Part shown: positions 48,146 through 61,049 of the stretch, one piece after another
How the letters are laid out: each line of letters begins with the position of its first letter
Numbering within the stretch: the first letter of the stretch is position 1
Program-made: the position numbers and the translations under genes
Notes under the pieces: model-generated
The model's database searches: none
What the model was told of the DNA's origin: nothing
What the model saw: only the letters and a program-made list of their open reading frames with translations
Assembly: GCA_965235115.1 (NCBI GenBank)
Contig: OZ249436.1
Span: 41,232,001 to 41,296,000 of the forward strand
Direction of reading: 5' to 3'
DNA length: 64,000 bases
Source of the DNA: Laetmonice hystrix
Taxonomy: Eukaryota

Positions 48146-49327
48146 GCCTTGTTCCGGCTAGATATGTCCGAACGGCTAGTTATGTCCGACAGGAGATACA
48201 TGTCCGCAAACATGAGCTAGATGTGTCCGGAGGAATTGATATGTCTGCAAATATCAGCTAGATGTAAACTGCCGGTCTTGCTCAGCCTTGTCATATCCAT
48301 TTTAATACATCGCATAAACTAGAAGAAAAAAACTGGAACATTTGGAAAGTTAACATCGTTTTGGTGATAGGCCACATTATTTCGGCTCATTCAGCCCTCC
48401 CAGACCCTGATGAATAGGAGGCGAGAGCAAGAAAAATTGATAACAACTACAAAAAATCAGGGATTGGTCTGACTCTTCAGGGTGCAAGTCCTAACGTTCG
48501 CATCTGGGGTCTGGAGACACACGATAGCCCATTGAGAGTCAACTGGTTTGGAACCTTGCCGTAGATTGAGCACACTGACGGGGTACAGGTTCTATTTATA
48601 GAGGAGTTGTCCACGGATCTTCGAGTTTCACCCTCACCTCTCCCTCGTGGACACCAACCGAACCGACCTCTTCGTACTGTCAGGTTTTCAACAGCGTCTG
48701 TTTCCAGACTACGACCGAATGTGGAGACCCGAGTCTCGCCTTTCCTACACAGTTGTATAGTATTACTAATTGCTTTATATACACACCCTGTTGGTCGGGT
48801 ACCACAGAACATGTGACACAGCACAGGGGTTGATCACGATCTCAGCGAAATCACAAACCTTAAGGTTGTGCCCGTTGTAGGTAAACATTTAAGCATACTT
48901 TTAAAATGCATTTTGTCTTGATTCTTAACATTTGGTTTAGTGAAAATCAAAGATCAAAAATACATCCAGGCAACAACGACCCATGCCAACTTCCTATAGA
49001 CGAAGGTGATACCAAGCGTCAACAAGCCCTCCGGTGCCTCCGCTATGGGGCCAAGCAGGGAACGTGAGCGGACGAGCGTGCAAGCGATAATAGCCACAAT
49101 CATTGCAGACATTGGTGGTATCTGTGATGGATGCTGCCATCCGATGGTCTGTTTTATATAGGCGCACTCTAGAAGATAATTCGGATATGTCCGCAAATGT
49201 CAGCTAAATGTGTCTGGTAATCCGGATATGTCCGCAAATGTCAGCGAGATGTGTCCGGTACCGGACACATCTAGCTGATGTTTGCGGACATATCCAGCCG
49301 TTCAGACCTATCTAGCAGGAACAAGCC
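48146..49327. mobile_element. Non-autonomous TIR element with GATATGTCCG subterminal repeats
   Basis: Imperfect 34-bp TIRs GCCTTGTTCCGGCTAGATATGTCCGAACGGCTAG / CCAGCCGTTCAGACCTATCTAGCAGGAACAAGCC; 4-bp flank TCCT on both sides. Confidence 0.75.
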
Positions 49328-50269
49328 TCCTCTTCCGTTTGGGCTCGCCCTTGCGAAACAATCTTGCGCAAATTACGGGCCTCTTTTCCCCCGTTTGTCC
49401 ATTCCCTCGGCCTAACCTGGTCTGTTACAACTCTCGCCGGGCCGGCTCTGGCTCTTCCTTTTTCTGTGTGTCCCAGCCCATTGCCTGTACCATTCCTGAT
49501 ACCGTGTCAACCAACCTTTCTACTCAGGCGACCCTCGATGAACTGCCACTAGGGGGGGAGGGGGTCCGCCAGCAGGCTCCGCAATCGTATAATGGCAGTG
49601 GGGGATCCAGGATTTTGATAAGGGGGCCACCAGGATTTTGACAAGGGGGGGGGGGGGCTGAACTCTCATATTGCTGCAATACTGTGGCAACATACATTAA
49701 ATTTCTGTTGAACTCTCATATTGCTGTAATACTGTATCAACATACATTCAAATTATGTAAAACAGGACTGTACTTTATGCTGGCATCTAACACTGACTCA
49801 ATACTGCTGAAATATTTTACCCTTAACTATCTTCTAAGTGTGTTGCAGCAATGTTACCCAAAGCGCAATACTCGTGATGCAACCATCCAATAATATTGCT
49901 TGAATACTGCGTGTTAGCTGGGAAGGGCATAATGACTTTAGCATGGACTTCAGCATGGACGCGTATTTTGCGGATGTCGGATGACGGGTGACGGATCTGA
50001 AAAACGTACGGAAAGCCAACTTTAAGGTAAAGTTAGAGTCAGGTCCTGGGCCTAGCGTAGTCGTGGAGTAGGGCTGTTACCAGTAAGCTGGTTCCCGGCT
50101 CACTCGCTAGGCGGCTGTATGGTCGACGCCTAGTCGCCAATGGAAACGACCGAGCCATTTCCGGTTTACGTTGCTTTCGGGAACTAGACTCGGACAGTGA
50201 AAGTGCAGAAAAATGACGGTCATATGCCGGGAATCCGCCGGATAGACCAGAATGGATGAATAGGAAACT

Positions 50270-52570
50270 TTTAGAATACGAAATACACAGAGATATTTTA
50301 TTCAAAATTTACTCCAGAAACAAAACTCAAAATAATGATAAAGCTTCACAAGCACGTAAAGTCTACAACAATGGTTAAGGAAGCCAAACAAAATAATACA
50401 TTATCAAAGTTAAAAGAGCACGAAAAAGATCAAAGTAAATTTTGGAACGATTTTAAAACACTAATCCCTGATATTAATAAATAGAAAGATTGACGAAATA
50501 GTTAACCCTTTTACAATCGAATCGTGCATAGGTAAAGAGGCTAATGAATTAATGAATGAATATTTTTATCAACATAGGAAAAGATCTGGCTGATAAAGTA
50601 CCTAATGCTAGAAATAATTACACAGTACTGATGTAACCCTCTGTTTGATAAAAAGTGGAATAAAAAAAACCTATAGTAATGTAGAGTGCGATACTCAGAT
50701 CTCCGACTTATTAATATGAAGTATTAACAGAAGAAAAAATACTTGAAATTCTAAAAGAAATACCACTAATGAAATCTTCGGGATTAGATGAAATTAGCAA
50801 CAGGTTATTAATTGATGCCTTTTATAGTATTCCTGAAATATTGGTTAAGTTTGATCATTTCTCCCTTAAAAACTTTCAAATACCTGATTGTTTCAAAGTG
50901 TCCAAAGTCACGCCACTTCCTAAAAAGGCGATATCAGGAATTTAAACAACCTAATCGATATCGAATACACCGCTACCTTCAAAAATTCTAGAAAAGCATG
51001 TCAATAATATTTACAGATATATGGCCAGTAACAATCTCTTTTATAGAAATCAGTATGGATTTAGGAAAAGGAAATCAAACATACGGGCGGTGAATAACAT
51101 TGTTAACAAATTATATGAATATAAAAATAAGGGTGACTATAGTATCGCAATATTTCTGGACCCGTCAAAAGCTTTTAATTGTGTAAATCATGAAATATTA
51201 TATAAAAAAATTAGGAAATCTTGGGATTATAGGGCAATGTAGAAAATGGATAAGGAGTATTTCAAGGGAAAGGTGAGTGTTCAAAGCGCCACCTAGTGAG
51301 TCGCGTTGGTACCACGGGGAAAATGTGAGTATTCAAAGCGCCGCGTAGTGAGCTTTAACAGAAAAATGTTTGGCTTATTTATGCAGTCAACTAGTTTGAT
51401 GTGGAAATCAGTAGTATTTTTTAAACGATGAATCAAACTGTGTGCCAGAACCTGTCTACTCCATTGAATGATATAGTTAAGACTCGTGTTTCACCAAGGC
51501 ACTGACTGTTTGGCAGGCTGTAACTTTTTTGTTGATTCGGTGACCCCCAATTTATTTTGATTTAAACTATTAGTCCTGATCCACTTTCTCTTGTCACCGA
51601 GTTTCAGGAGAAAATTGGTGGTCATTTTTTAACTATTAGTCAAAATGTCTGAAAAATCCTGTTTTTGCCATTAAAACCTATAGTAAAGACCCATTTTTCA
51701 CGGAGGCCTGTATAAAAAAAATCTAATTCGGTGACCTTTTTTTGTTGTTGTTTCTTTGTACTTCTAAGGACAAAGACTATCCCCCATAAAAATATCTTGA
51801 AAATTCTAGTGGTCGATTCGAACACTCACATTTCCCTTAAGAGATAGACAGCAATACGTAAAAAAATTCTGGAATTAAAACGGAATGCAAAACTATTAAT
51901 TATGGGATACCGCAAGTAAGTGCATTAGGGCCGCTTATTTATTTATTATATGTAAACGACATAATGGATTGTGATATTAAATCAAATATATTTATGTTTG
52001 CGGATGACACTGCTACGGTAGCACATGGTAAAAAGTTGCCGGGTGTCCTATCACAGATTAAACATGATGTTGATACCTTAACTGATTGGTTCAAGTACAA
52101 TAATCTCACAGTGAACTTGGAAAAAACAAAATGCATGTACTTTGGGAAGTGTGTACGAGAAGAAAACGAAGTATTAGATATTAATGTTAACGACGTACAA
52201 CTTGAATTTGTTCGTACCTTCTCATATCTTGGGATAAATTTAGATAATAAATAAAATAAATAAAAAACATTATACGTAAAGCAGGACATCAGGTATATAA
52301 TTATGTTAGCAAGAATTAGGCATTGTATTAATAAAAACATGGCTCCTAATAGCTTTAAATCAATGATACTACCTTATATTGAATATATCAATATCTTCAA
52401 TGGTACATGTAATGAGTTATATAAGTATAAACGGCAGGTAATTCAAAACAATGGATTAAGAATTGCTCTTAACAGAAATAGGTTATACAGTTACATTAAT
52501 TTACATGTAGAAGCCAAATTACTCGCTTGTAAATACCGTCGGTTAATTATGTTGCAAACAGTTAATTTTT
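50270..52570 (+). mobile_element. Decayed CR1/L2-group LINE reverse transcriptase
   Basis: Frameshifted motifs KSSGLDEIS, NQYGFRKRKS, AIFLDPSKAFNCVNH, GIPQVSALGP..YVNDI, MFADDT and FSYLGINLD. Interrupted at 51266-51836. Confidence 0.9.
51266..51836. mobile_element. TTAA-type (Kolobok-like) MITE inserted into the RT remnant
   Basis: TCAA|GGGAAAGGTGAGTGTTC ... GAACACTCACATTTCCC|TTAA. The RT motif W..S.F..RQQYV is split by the insertion. Confidence 0.8.
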
Positions 52571-52651
52571 ACGAGTTAATGTATATATGTATAATCTTTA
52601 TTTTCGTGAGTTGTGTACATATGGTTTTACATCTCATGGTATTCATATAAT

Positions 52652-54416
52652 CCCTGATAACACGCAAACGTTGGTACAACTTCGGGCCAACGTCAGTAGC
52701 TACGTTGGGCCAATGTCATATGGCAACATTGGGCCAAAGTCAGTTTGCTCATCGGGCCCACGTTGCTGAACCAGTTGGACCAACGTTGAACCAGCCCATT
52801 GGTCCAACATCAGACCAACGTGCTTACAAACGTTGAGCCAACGTCAGATGCCCGACGTTGGACCAACGACATTTTGCTCATTGGGCCCATGTTGGGCCAC
52901 CAGTTGGGCGAACGTTGAAACAGGCCATTGGCTCAATGTCAGACTAACGTGCTTACAAACGTTGAGCCAACGTCAGATGCCCGACGTTGGACAAACGACA
53001 TTTTGCTCATTGGGCCCACGTTGGGCCACCAGTTGGGCCAACGTTAAACCAGCCAATTGGCCCAACGTCAGACCAACGTGTTTACAAACGTTGAGCCAAC
53101 GTCTAATACCAATGCCGGGCCAACGTCAGATGCCCGACGTTGGACCAACGCCATTTTGCTCATTGGGCCCACGTTGGGCCACCAGTTGGCCCAACGTTTG
53201 GCACGACCTTGCTGGGTTCCCACAAGGGCACTCCAGCCCGAGCCAATTTAAAAACACTCCAAATAAAATCCTGGCTCAGGCAGAACCATTGCGTGGGTAC
53301 GCTATAGTATCTCCTGTGCCAGTTAAGCACTGACGCGTAACACCCAAGCCCTGTCCTCACTATTGATGTTTCCCGTCGGAAATCCAAATTGGTGCTTTCT
53401 ATATTGGGTTGTTTAAAAACAAAATATAATCTGTACGTCCTTATCTTGTTCTTTTCACAATCAAAGAACAAATAAAGCGCAATTTCACACAATGAATATC
53501 TGTTCTTGTATTACGTGCGAATGACTTAAAGTCGCTAAAAACTAACCTGGACTGTATTTGAGACAGTCTAGTCAATCTCACTGATAACAGCGCCACCTAG
53601 CGCCTGCTAGGTAGAGAAGAATCCCAACGTTGGGCCAACATTGGTGTTCCAACTGGGTTCCAACAAAGAGGGTGGCAATAGTACTGACTTAATACCAACA
53701 TTGGGCCAGCGTGGGTGTTCCAACCTGGTTCCAACAAAGAGGGTGGCAATAGTACTGACTTAATGCCAACTTTGGGCCAACGTGGGTGTTCCAACCGGGT
53801 TCCAACAAAGAGGGTGGCGATAGTGCTGAATAAATACCAACATTGGGCCAACATGGATGTTCGAACCGGGTTCCAACAAAGAGGGTGGCGATAGTACCGA
53901 CTAAATGCCAACATTGGCCCAACATGGGTGTTCCAACGGGGTTCCAACAAAGAAGGTGTGAACAGTACTGACTTAATGCCAACATTGGTCCAACGCAGGT
54001 GTTCCAGCCGGGTTTCAACAAAGAGGATGGTGATAGTGCCGACTAAATGACAACATTGGGCCAACATCGGTGTTCCAACCGGGTTCCAACGAAGAGGTGG
54101 CGACAGTGCCGACTAAATTCCAACGTTGGGCCAACGTGGGTGTTCTAACCAGGTTCCAACAAAGAGGTGGTGACAGTGCCGACTAAATTCCAATGTTGGG
54201 CCAACGTGGATTTTCCAACCGGGTTTCAACAAAGAGGGTGCCGATAGTACCGACTATATACCGACGTGGGGCCAACGTAATTCTTTCCAACCGGACAGCA
54301 TAGCAATAGTGATGACTTACTGCCAACTTTGGGCCAACGTATATTTTCCAACCGCGACGGTGGCGACAGTGCCGACCAAATGCCAACGTTGGGCCAACGT
54401 ATACGTGTTATCTGGG
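52652..54416. mobile_element. EnSpm/CACTA-like non-autonomous element, possibly two elements, with CCAACGTTGG-rich arrays
   Basis: Ends CCCTGATAACACG / CGTGTTATCTGGG. Left array has a period of about 129 bp (52690-53200); right array about 71 bp (53625-54400). Confidence 0.7.
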
Positions 54417-54699
54417 AACATAATAAGTATCAAGGTACACCTACTTAGGCTTATAAGTCACACACTTTTCATAAACTTTATGAGTGGCAGATTGCTAATA
54501 TAACCAATTTAGTGTATCAACTGCCTTTAAAATGTTTAAATATTTTAACAATAGTGAAGTTGGTCACAAATGACAAGTTAAATATAATAAATAGTTGACA
54601 CAAGACTAGCCTTTTTTTTAAAGCGGCTTAGCATACTTAAGTAAACAAAATCTGTTTCCTCTTTTCAAGGATATTCCATATGAACCTTCCAGTTTCAAT

Positions 54700-55140
54700 A
54701 ATATTTTCATTTAACATGATTATTTTCTATTTCTCTCTATTTTCTAATCTAAGTAAATCAGGTTTATCTATCATTTCTATAAAATCAGATTTCTCCGAAT
54801 TGTACAATGAACATTCAAACAAAAAATGTCTTTCATCTTCAACAGCACTTTGATAACAGACTTTACATTTTCTTTCTTCTACTTCTAGACTCTTCCATCT
54901 TCCACATTCAATTTCTAGTGGCAAAATTCCACTTCGCAACTGTGCGAGAACAGAATCTATATTTACGATTCATGTTCACACTTACATACGATTCGATACA
55001 GAAGTTATCTTTAAATGTTATATATATATATATATGTTCTGCGTTTTGGGTATTTCACTAGATTATCTTTCCATTCCTGACATTTTAGATCATGTAGATC
55101 AGCCCATATTCTTACTGTGGAGCATTTACTTAACTTAGGT
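54700..55140 (-). mobile_element. 3' fragment of a CR1/L2-group LINE ORF2
   Basis: RSGILPLEIECGRWKSLEVEERKCKVCYQSAVEDERHFLFEC, a C-terminal zinc-finger motif. Confidence 0.85.
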
Positions 55141-56052
55141 AATCGATCACCTTACAACCGCTAGTTTTGTCGAAGCGGTGCCCCCATCTCCTACGATCCG
55201 CGTATTTCAAGTTTACCTGATCTTGAATCTATCCCACTGGACTGATAATACATTCTGTCGTATCCATAGCATTGTTGTGCTAGGTCTGTTGTTGATTACA
55301 AGCCATAATGAGGCGATACATCCCATATTTTTCATCTCAATGGACTGAGAACGTAGAACGACCGCCATGACCGCGTTAGCATTGTTAGGGCGGTCGTTAC
55401 TAAGCAACGGGATTGGGTGCATGTGTTGCCTTGCGCTGCTCCGCCCGCCCTCCCCCCATAATCCAAATAAGGGCATGATTTGATTCGCGTGCTCTCGTCT
55501 TTAGCCAAATAGGTAAACGCTTAATTAATTAATTAATTAAAAATATTGTCGATATGGACGCGCCATGGTACCAGACGGCTAGAAACCCCTTAAAATAATT
55601 TTTTTACCCAAGTTTTGTTGAATTGACTGCCTTTATTTCAATTTTCGGACAGATCTCCTTTAATGAATCATAAATTTCCAACATGTTAAAGGCAGTAGAA
55701 AAGTCCCAACTATCAATATAAGGGTGTTCAGCATGAACAAGCTTGTTCCTACCTACAATCCTGTGATGGTCTGATCTTTAATAAAGGAATAATCAACTGA
55801 AATGTAGCTAGGCATTCTCCCCCTGGCTTCATCTGCTTGTCTGCCCTACTTGTCCACGAATTGTTATGTGGCCGCCAGGCGGAAACCACGCAGATTCCCG
55901 GCCAGAGTTCTGCTATTCACGTCCCACTGCGATTCCACTTTTACCAGAAACATGCCCATGATGGCGGCAGATTCATTGACGATTTCAGAGAGGGTTGCAA
56001 ACGATAGCCGCACACATACTCTGTATTTGTTAACATGCCCCAATAAGGGTGT

Positions 56053-56054
<2 letters not shown>

Positions 56055-56130
<76 letters not shown>
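56055..56130. repeat. (GA)n microsatellite
   Basis: Direct reading. Confidence 0.95.
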
Positions 56131-56135
<5 letters not shown>

Positions 56136-57820
56136 TGTCTGCTGTCACCGGTAAGAGTACACAGTCAGTAGTGCAGTCGTAGTGAGTGAGTGAGTGAGTG
56201 TCCGATGAAGCCAGTGGCGGCGTAGAGTGTGAAAATAGCGAATGACCCAGACGGTATTTTTAAAAGTCGCCTTAGACAGTGATCCACTTATCGGCGCGAC
56301 CTTAGACACTTCACATGGTGTTACTGGTGTTCAAAGGTACGTTAAGGAGGAATTTTACCTGCCTCTTTAAGTTCGAAATTTGGTGCTACCACCAGAGGGC
56401 GCTGGTCAAAGTTGCCCCAAAATGGGATTTACATAACATTAGGAGTACATCAACCAAATCTGTGCCAAAAGTTTCTCTGTACGGGTAAGATTCAAACTTT
56501 ATCACTCTTAAGTGAAGGACTGGGGGATAAGTCCATTTCTGAGTGACCAGTAGGGGGGCGCTATACCGCCATTTAAATGGCACCTACATTTTCTTTTACT
56601 GTAAAACAGAACAAAACGGAAATCTAAGGGGGGCAGTCCCCCTAGGCCTTAAACAGTGAAAGGCAAAGGTTATGCCATTGTGTCACTATTAACTGAATGT
56701 ATAATGGCATCCTGGGGGAAATTTACGCGTTAACCTCTCAGCACGAATTTCCTTAAAGACCGACATGGTGTGCCAGCCGGCAAATGCTAATGGTACCAGG
56801 CGCCCGCGCCCAGCCAATCTGAAGGCGGTGGGCGTGCCAACGACGTGTTCTTTTACCAGGCCAGGTCCAATCAATGGGCCAGAAATAGCCAGTCACGGAT
56901 GATTGACAGGCGAATACAATAGAGCAGGGGTCATCGCACCGCGATTTTCAAATCCAAGCGCCAGGCAAGAGTAGAAATTGGTATTGATTTTCGATCACTT
57001 CTAATGTTCATCGATTCCTGGCCTCGACACTGTAGGTATATTAGGATGCCCTCTGACGATTATGCAGTTTGGGCACGTGAATGCGATGGATATCGCCCGT
57101 TATTGCCAAAAACCATAGGAGCTCTTCACTCGGCGATGTCTGGGAGCCAAATGGTGGTGGGCGTCACCCTTCCGTTTTATAGTGCATGTCGGTCTTTAAT
57201 TATAGGTGGAGAATTGGTACGGTATGAATGCTGCTATTACGACGCTTCATCCATGCTTCTAACAATCATAATAAAATTTGCAATGCAACTCGCATTCTGT
57301 TCATGTTCATGATGTTAATAAAAGCGTGAAACCTTCGTCTACCAATATGTCTGGACAGGTTTGCTGATATGAAAGGATCGTTTCTTGTTCGTTTTTCTAA
57401 ATGTATACTTTTTTAAAAGACCCTGTATACTGACGAGGGAACAGAAACACAACATTATTTGTTGGACTGGATATCCATTTTCATTTTGTAATTTACAAAA
57501 ATAAACAAATCAAATGCCTCTCGTTAATTGGCAAGTTGTAAGCCCTCGCTGCACAAACTGCTGGTCATAGAGCCGCGTAAAACAACGCGAACACTTTCTG
57601 TGAAAAGTGCACCATCTATCAGTAATTTCATTTCAGAAACTGTTGCGATCCTTTTATTTCAATACCAGATATATTATGTCTTATCACCGGCGGCCTGTCA
57701 CATTGTGTGCCTCCAGACACTCTACACCTCTCAATGTCACCGCATAATATTAATTAATACACCGATGATAACTGTTTCATACCTATTGTCTGCTTGGTTT
57801 TGGTGCGCTCGTGTAGTATA

Positions 57821-58389
57821 CAGGGTGTTCCAAAAAATATTCACAACTTTGAACGACTGTCATTTTTTTATGGAATGGAAATTTATTTTAATGTTTTCAC
57901 ATTCCAAGCAGGGAGTTTTCTTTTGCACAATTACTTTCATTAAAAATTGAACGTGTCATGATTTATAGGCATGGAACAGAATTTCTCATTTCAGTGCATA
58001 ACATGCTCTATCCATCTACCATTTGGGCCTAGAATAGCCTGCACACGAACAACAAAGTTATCAATCACTTTCTCCAGCATATCCAAAGGGATTCCACGGA
58101 TCTCTGTCGTAATATTGTCCTTCAATTTTTCGAGGGTATTTGGACGATTTTGATACACCCGGTCTTTGAGATAACCTCACAAGAAGTAGTCATTTGGACT
58201 GGCATCAGGGCTGTAGGGAGGCCATGCGTAAGGGGTTCTGCTTGAGATCAGTCTCAAAGATGAAAGTAATTGTGCAAAAGAAAATTCCCATATGTTCTGC
58301 TTGGAATGTGAAAACAGTAAAATAAAATTCTATTCCATAAAAAAAATGACAGTCGTTCAAAGTTGTGAATATTTTTTTGGAACACCCTG
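57821..58389 (-). mobile_element. Internally deleted Tc1/mariner transposon, present only in copy 2
   Basis: TA|CAGGGTGTTCCAAAAAATATTCACAACTTTGAACGACTGTC ... GACAGTCGTTCAAAGTTGTGAATATTTTTTTGGAACACCCTG|TA. Minus-strand transposase C-terminus at about 58256-57991: WPPYSPDASPNDYFL*GYLKDRVYQNRPNTLEKLKDNI..NGRWIEHVMH*. Confidence 0.93.
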
Positions 58390-58409
58390 TATATAGGATC
58401 TATCTATCT

Positions 58410-58937
58410 ATCTTCAGTTTACGACTTTCTGGTTGCAGTTACATTGTTTGTCTAAGGTAGGTACACTATGTTACCATCTTCAGTTTACGACTTTATGGTT
58501 GCAGTTAGGTAGGTACACTATGTTACCATCTTCAGTTTGCGACTTTCTGGTTGCAGTTACATTGTTCATCTAAGGAAGGTACACTATGTTACCATCTTCA
58601 GTTTACGACTTTCTGGTTGCAGTTACATTGTTTGTCTAAGGTAGGTACACTATGTTACCATCTTCAGTTTACGACTTTCTGGTTGCAGTTACATTGTTTG
58701 TCTAAGGTAGGTACACTATGTTACCATCTTCAGTTTACGACTTTCTGGTTGCAGTTAGGTAGATACACTATGTTACCATCTTCAGTTTACGACTTTCTGG
58801 TTGCAGTTACATTGTTCGTCTAAGGTAGGTACACTATGTTACCATCTTCAGATTACGACTTTCTGGTTGCAGTTACATTGTTTGTAAGGTAGGTACACTA
58901 TGTTGCCATCTTCAGTTTACGACTTTCTGGTTGCAGT
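58410..58937 (+). repeat. 66-bp minisatellite, copy 2, about 8 units
   Basis: Same unit as 33604-34557; some units are internally deleted. Confidence 0.95.
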
Positions 58938-60102
58938 TGTAGTAGTAGTAGTAGTAGTAGTAGTACTACTACTACTACTAGTAGTAGTAGTAGTAGTAGT
59001 AGTAGTAGCAGTAGTAAACGTATCGCAGTCAATTTTCAAAATATCTAAATGAAATTTGGTACACATATTGTCTGGTCAAGTCTGGTAAAGTCTGGTCAGG
59101 CAGCGAATCATGACGTCATAATTATGACGTCCCGTCATGACGTGATGACATCAAACGTATTTTGAACATTGAGGCAATTTTTTAAGCCCATATTGGGATT
59201 TTTTTAACCCATCATGGCGTTATAATTGGCCAAGGGTGCTGCTATAATATGAGCCTTGATTTGACCTTCAACCTTAGGGAGAACTGGATCCTAGGTCACA
59301 AATTGGTTAAATAGCTTCTCCTTCTCTATTTTATTTTATTTTTTTTGTAAAATTCGACAATATTCGGCAGAAACACTCTCTAACAAAATGTCCACAAGGT
59401 GATTGCAGAGATAAGCGATTTGACCTATTTTTGCTGAATCACGTGACCTGCAAATTTTGAAGTTGAGTCGTTTGGAAGAGCCCTAGCTGTAACAATTGAA
59501 GGATTTGAGACAGAGCCATAATTGTTCATGGACTTGTTAAACGTGTATTTCCTCTTTTATTTGGTACCATAATTTTTGTATCACGTGACTTGTGACGTCA
59601 TCTACAACGTCATGTTTTCCTTACTGGCTGAAACTTGTAGGCCTACCACATGCCCCAATTAACCAGATGATATCATGTTCCAAATATTATGACATTGGGG
59701 TAAAAATTATAGAAGTTACAGTCAAGAAAAGAGTGTTCCAAAATTTTTAGGCCCACCGATATTTTGTGGATTCATCGCTCAACAGGTTCAAAATGGCAGG
59801 AATGTTTCGCATCTGTTCATTCGATGTTATTCAGTTGAATCGAAGAGAAAAAAGCTATGTTCTAAAATGGTTGAAGTTCAAGCCATAGTTACTATTAAAC
59901 ACTAATAGGAAATCATACATTCTCTTTCATTTGACACCAAGCTTTATGATGTATCCTGACCTATGATCTCATAATGATGTCATTGGCACCTTCTAAAGAT
60001 TACAGTCATTAACTGTCCAAGATTGAGCCATAGTTTACCCTACTCAGAACATGTCATACCTGGATGGGATACATTGTGGTATCGCCACAACGTGTGTAAC
60101 AC

Positions 60103-60235
<133 letters not shown>

Positions 60236-60791
60236 ACAGTGTAAACCTCGACCGTTTACAAACGTTGGGACTCCAAACATCGTGTAGACAAGGTCTGTGA
60301 GCAGAGTAACACGTAATGTTACGCACGTGGTGTGCAGCATTCGGCTGTGATGAACACACAAGCAGGTCAATTGTCAGATCTAGCGGCGTCACAAATCGGG
60401 CAGTTACACGTTAATTACTTTATTCAGACAACGTAATTGTGGCATTTATTGCCCTGAGTTAATGCTGGTGTTTCATTTGGTCTACGAAACCTTATTTGCC
60501 GTGTGTGTTTACCCTCCCTTTAATTAAGGACTGTAACCAGTATTCAGAATGTACTATGATCGTTTAAATACTATGCTGCTAGCGAATCATCTGGACGTCG
60601 AGACATCATTGCCAGATGAGTAAAGTCTACCTGACCTTGACCACGACCTTGGGTATCATAATAGATTAGATACGACGATGATAGAATATAATGTAGGGGA
60701 TACTTCTGAAGCATACTGCGGTAGTTTTCTGACCGTCGTATTATTTTTTTTATTGTGTTATCTGATTACTCTATCGGGAATTGAGACGACA

Positions 60792-60919
60792 ATGGGAGCT
60801 GAGTGGAAGGCGAGGGACATATTGGTATTAGTGACGTCATTAGTAGAATGCGGTGTCATTGGCGGCGCGATATTCGGGTGGGCGTCTCTTGTCTACGTCC
60901 TTCAGGTAGGAGACCAATC

Positions 60920-60962
<43 letters not shown>

Positions 60963-60998
60963 GAGAGAGGGAGAGAGAGAGAGAGGGAGAGAGAGAGA

Positions 60999-61049
<51 letters not shown>

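Noticed and set aside
52833..54067. 166-aa, 156-aa and 110-aa repetitive ORFs
   Set aside because: Translations of transposon subterminal arrays.
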